A stretch of 64,000 nucleotides of DNA from assembly GCA_907165135.1 (NCBI GenBank), contig OU015569.1, forward strand, positions 5,394,001-5,458,000, read 5' to 3'. Origin of the DNA: Oikopleura dioica (lineage: Eukaryota > Animalia > Chordata). The position numbers and the translations under genes are program-made. The notes beneath the pieces were generated by a model. It searched no databases and was not told the DNA's origin. It worked only from the letters and a program-made list of their open reading frames with translations. Shown one piece after another: positions 59,930-64,000 of the stretch. Positions within the stretch are counted from its first letter, which is position 1. Every line of letters starts with the position of its first letter.

Positions 59930-62900
59930 CTACGAACCTGGTATTTCCAGTAGTCTTTTTTGTTCGGACTCTGTTGAGGATTTTTGTAGCGTTTCTCGGT
60001 GAATCGTAGAGGATACAGGATCTTCTGTTCGACGCAATTTGATTGACGCTCGCGTGGTGTCTTTCTTGGGGTCGTTCTTGATGGAATCACTGGGTTGGAG
60101 CTTGAGTAACGAATAGACGGCGCATTGCGAATCCGATGCTCGTCTGAATGCAACAAGTATCAGCTTCATTTCTCTCAATATGCGGGCTCATTTCTAAGCG
60201 ACTTATGCTTACCAAGCGTGTGCATGACATCAGCAGCGATTTCTTTCTGGGCAAGACGGTATTCTGACTGCGTTGGGACATACTCAGATCGCGAAGAGGT
60301 AGGTCTGAAAAAGTTCTTTATTTCGGAAGACATCGAGGGGTCAATTTGAACCTTGTGCCCACTAGAAGGAAACTGTATTGCTAAAAAACGAGGCAACACT
60401 GCGCAAAGATGACCCCTCATCGATGTGAAGGTATGATAAATGGGGTGATAACATGGAAGAGAATAACTGGTAAGTGTCATACTTTATGGATTCTTTGTAA
60501 ATTTTTAAGAGCTGGGCAACTCTGTTGGGATCGCAAAGATTGCGCAACGCGTGAGGTATGTCAGTAGGCAGCCGCGCTCGACGGGGTGGAAGTGGACACA
60601 AGTTCAGATTGACCATATTATTGCTTAACCGACCATAGTACGAATAGCAATCATCCGGCCTATACGAGATCTGGCTTACACGAGCGTATTCTGCGTTTTA
60701 AAATTAACTTACCTCGTCTTCTGCTGTTGGTACTCGTTCGCAGCACTTTTTGGCGGTGGCCTGCGACTTCGCGTGTTTGCTTTTTTAGGCAGTCGCTGTT
60801 CTTCATGATTTCGCGTGCTTGAAGAGCAAGTAGAGGCGGAAGTGTCAGAATGTGATGCTCGTGTGATCACTTTGTTCGTCGTCTGATGGCTTGTTGACTG
60901 GTTCTGGCAAGATTTTCTTTGGACAACAGTGGTTTGACTTGTAATTGTCATGATTGGCTTCGGACTCTCTACTTTTCCAGAGTTCGGCTTCTTCAAGCGC
61001 ATTTCTATTCGCTTTTGATCAACATCGTCTCGTCGCTTTTTTACGTGCCTTGGCTGGGCGAGACGTTCGATTCGATCGTGGTCCCAAGAATAGACTCGCT
61101 GCTCGAACGCTTGATCTTGTTCTTCGCCTTCTTCATTTTCATTGGCATCTTTATCCTTTTTTACAATCGGTATTTGCTGAGTTCCAGGATGAATTTAAGA
61201 TTTCATACTCGTGTTATAAAAAGAAAATAATCCCTGTCTTGATAAAAGTGCGTTGTTTTGGTTTCGGCTTGTAACAGACCTTTCCTTCGACGGAAAGTGC
61301 TGTTCCAGTGAATGGCGGAGGGTCAGCGTTTCCTTGCCTGTACACTTGCACAAAGTTCCCTGTATCCGCATTGCGTCCACCACGAGCTCGTCTGTCAACG
61401 ACGACTTTACACATATCCTCAAGCATTTCGCCGACAAGCTCATCAGATACCTTTGTAGCAGTGGACATTGTTGGTCCCTGGTTAATTTCAATCAGCCATA
61501 CATTGAGCTTCTCGTCTAGCATGAAATCGGCGCCGTAAACCTCGAATGAGTTCTTCCTGTGCGTTGAGTTCTCCTGAGACGACAGACACGATTCTATAAG
61601 AATGTTCTTCATGTCTTCATAGATTTTTTCTTGGTAAGCATTTCCATGTCCCAGACTTCGAAGGTATTCATCAAGCTCTTCAGAGAACCACATTTTTTCT
61701 TCTGGTACGGCATCCTTTATTACGGATTAATATAAAATTAGATTCATATTTGAAATTTGATATTTATGTGCGAAATTATCGAAATCCTTTCCTGAACATC
61801 AGCATCGATGGAGTAATTCTTCTGAATGGCATTATTGGTCAAGTGCACTTGTGCATCAAGTGAGTCCAGATTAAACTTGGTTGTTGCGAAGCGAACATAA
61901 GCCCGTTTGTACATCCAGCAGCTTAACTGATTCCAATCCGTTTACGGGATGAACTACTACTAGCATTATAAGCGGCAACAATATAAATATTAAGCATTCT
62001 AGCGCATCACTGCCCTGTAATAAGAAACCACTGCCGAATATCAAATTTGACACCATTGATGAGCAAGGGGCGCTCGATGTATTTTTGCGCCACCCAGCGG
62101 TTGTTGGCAATTACAGTCAAATCAGGCCCAAGAATATCCGTGATTTCCTTCAAGTTTTTGTAGACAGCGATTCCCCGACCTCGGCTCATTGCACCAGGCT
62201 TGACGATCCATAGATTCTTCTCGCCTTCAATTTCGGCTTGTGGGTTTCGCATATAATACGAAGAAAGCGCATTCGAAATATCATCGGCCCTTTCTTTGGC
62301 ACCTAAAAGCAATATTGAAATCATTGAAAGTGTGGAGAGTTAAAGGGAATTATTTGAGTTTTACCTGCGATGTGATATCCAGAATAAGCGACTTTATAAA
62401 AGGCTTCTAAGAACTTATTCCACTGTTCCGTGCTTTCACCCTCCTCCATATTTATGGAAGTTTGCTTTGCAAGCGTGATGATTGACTCAGCAATGCTTCC
62501 TTCTTCTTGGAACTCGAAGTGCTTTTGGAAGATTTCAAGGGCGAATTCTAAAAAGCACTCCTCGACAAAACCTTTTTAGACTGTCGAAAAGAGTCTTGCT
62601 GGTTTGGAATGCCTAAAATTTCGACACTTTCCTGGAGGAGTGACTTCAATGTAATCATCTTGATGCACGGCTTTGTTCTGTCTCTCGGCACTCTTTAGGA
62701 AGGCCGTCATCGCACAAGTTCGGAAGTCGTCTTGAAACGCAGCATTATCATCCTTGTCTCCGAGTATGTAGCATCTGCGAGAAGATAAATTCAATAATGA
62801 AAGAATGAGACAGAGTTACCGTGGATAAAATTCGTCCGCATGGCGATCACTGAACCAGGCCATGTTCTTGAGAGCGAGAGTCAAGCCAGTTTTGGTGACG

Positions 62901-63766
62901 AACTGTGCCTTTGGAAAGTGATTGAGCACAATTTCCTTGGGAATGTGATTGAAATCAATTCGATGTAAGGGCACGAATTGAAGGTGGGGCTCCACGTCGC
63001 GCAGCGCTCGCGAGATGAGGATCTCGCGCTCATCAAGATCGTCTTCATCGAGATCGTCATCTGATTTGTCAATGTCGTCGTCGTTGGCGTCTGATTTCGC
63101 GCCACAGTGAAAACGCTTCGTTTTCGGGGTTATCTTTTCGATCCAGCCCCGATCGCGCATCGCTTTTCGAATGTACCGATGCCCGCCATCCAAACGGAAA
63201 ACTTTCTTCTGCTGGATCGCCTTAATTATTCCTTACTGTACTATTCCCCGTACTATTCCCCGAGCGAATAAAATTTTGCTCCTATCGATAACCTTTTCGA
63301 ATGGCTTCTGTTCAGCAAATTTCAAGGACAAATCGATGATCTTGTCCCCCCAACTGGGACTGGGACGACCACTCTCCGACTCAGATGCCCGTTTCGGCAT
63401 TGCTAGATACGACTAGTATCAAAGCGGCTCTGAATAAGCCCTCCTTACTGCATGAGGCACACTTGCTAACTAAAGTCTCCCTCATCAATAAGCTTGCTTG
63501 TCACTTTTTCAATAACTAGCTCTAGAAAATCTGTTCTCGTTTTTCAAAAATAGCGCACGAGTATTGCCGATTCCTGCATCTGATGATATATTTCTTGAGA
63601 CTAATAGAGCCAACTTTATTTATATTTTCGACATGCATAACATAATTAAGATTTATAATAATTAATTATTATTGTGTGGTAGTTTAATAGTATACAGTAC
63701 CTGATCTGCAATCGCTCTGGCCTCGATGGATAGCGCATCCGGGACGTATTCCTTGACTTTGACCAT
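59930..63766 (-). CDS. TTLL3: Tubulin monoglycylase TTLL3/TTLL8 family with a long C-terminal tail
   Basis: [114 protein letters not shown]...WLIEINQGPTM. Both ends are approximate. Confidence 0.92.
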
Positions 63767-64000
63767 CTCTGGTGCCGGTGTCTTCGTCGTCAGCGTTTTC
63801 TCATTATCAGTTGGGTTGATTTATGCCCGTCAAAAATAATTTCGATCCAAATACTTTCTCAACACGTCGGGTTGTTCTCTTTGTTCCGGCGCTACTGGAC
63901 AATGGATCGCGTTCTAGTTTCACGAAAAGCAATCACAGTACGCCCCGATCTACTCGCCGGCCTAGTTTTTCTTTTTTTCTGCGATTTCGTTTTTTTCTTT

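Noticed and set aside
62560-62640. GA-AG intron in TTLL3
   Set aside because: A phase-compatible GT donor (GGA AAG T|gtcgaa) is also available, so a non-canonical site is not required.
1-64000. tRNA, 5S, snRNA or spliced-leader RNA genes
   Set aside because: GTTCGA-like hits lack cloverleaf context and no remembered 5S/SL/U-snRNA signature was seen. tRNAscan-SE or Infernal would be needed to exclude them formally.
1-64000. Most short ORFs in the supplied track (for example 248-505, 5164-5421, 14437-14874, 17577-17948, 60954-61274)
   Set aside because: They are antisense or alternate-frame shadows of identified spliced genes, or AT-rich intergenic ORFs with no coding features.

Overview
Compact, intron-rich eukaryotic (animal) DNA. 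The short introns (many about 40-70 nt), dense genes and very divergent chordate-type proteins suggest the appendicularian tunicate Oikopleura dioica; this is an inference and no search was run. By manual splicing and remembered family motifs I recognise 4E-BP, a stand-alone PPC/DUF296 protein, an RGS12/14-like protein, a RERGL-like GTPase, CFAP95, eIF4E, SSR1/TRAP-alpha, an Amt ammonium transporter, a divergent class B GPCR, SBSPON, a transmembrane ZP-domain protein, a degenerate lamin B receptor, PLPP4/5, INCENP and a TTLL3/8 glycylase, plus several orphan genes. The most striking non-coding structure is a ~2.5 kb foldback-like element (48513-51049). It has ~450-bp modular terminal inverted repeats, a G-quadruplex motif and 27 tandem copies of a ~56-bp doubly palindromic unit, and it sits 16 nt past the LBR stop codon. 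Two TTAA-flanked MITEs lie in introns. Several proteins lack hallmark functional residues: 4E-BP TOS/S65, the class B GPCR HETX network, the RGS GoLoco motif, the PPC histidines and the LBR reductase C-terminus. No CRISPR array, rRNA or tRNA was recognised. Gene ends are manual estimates.
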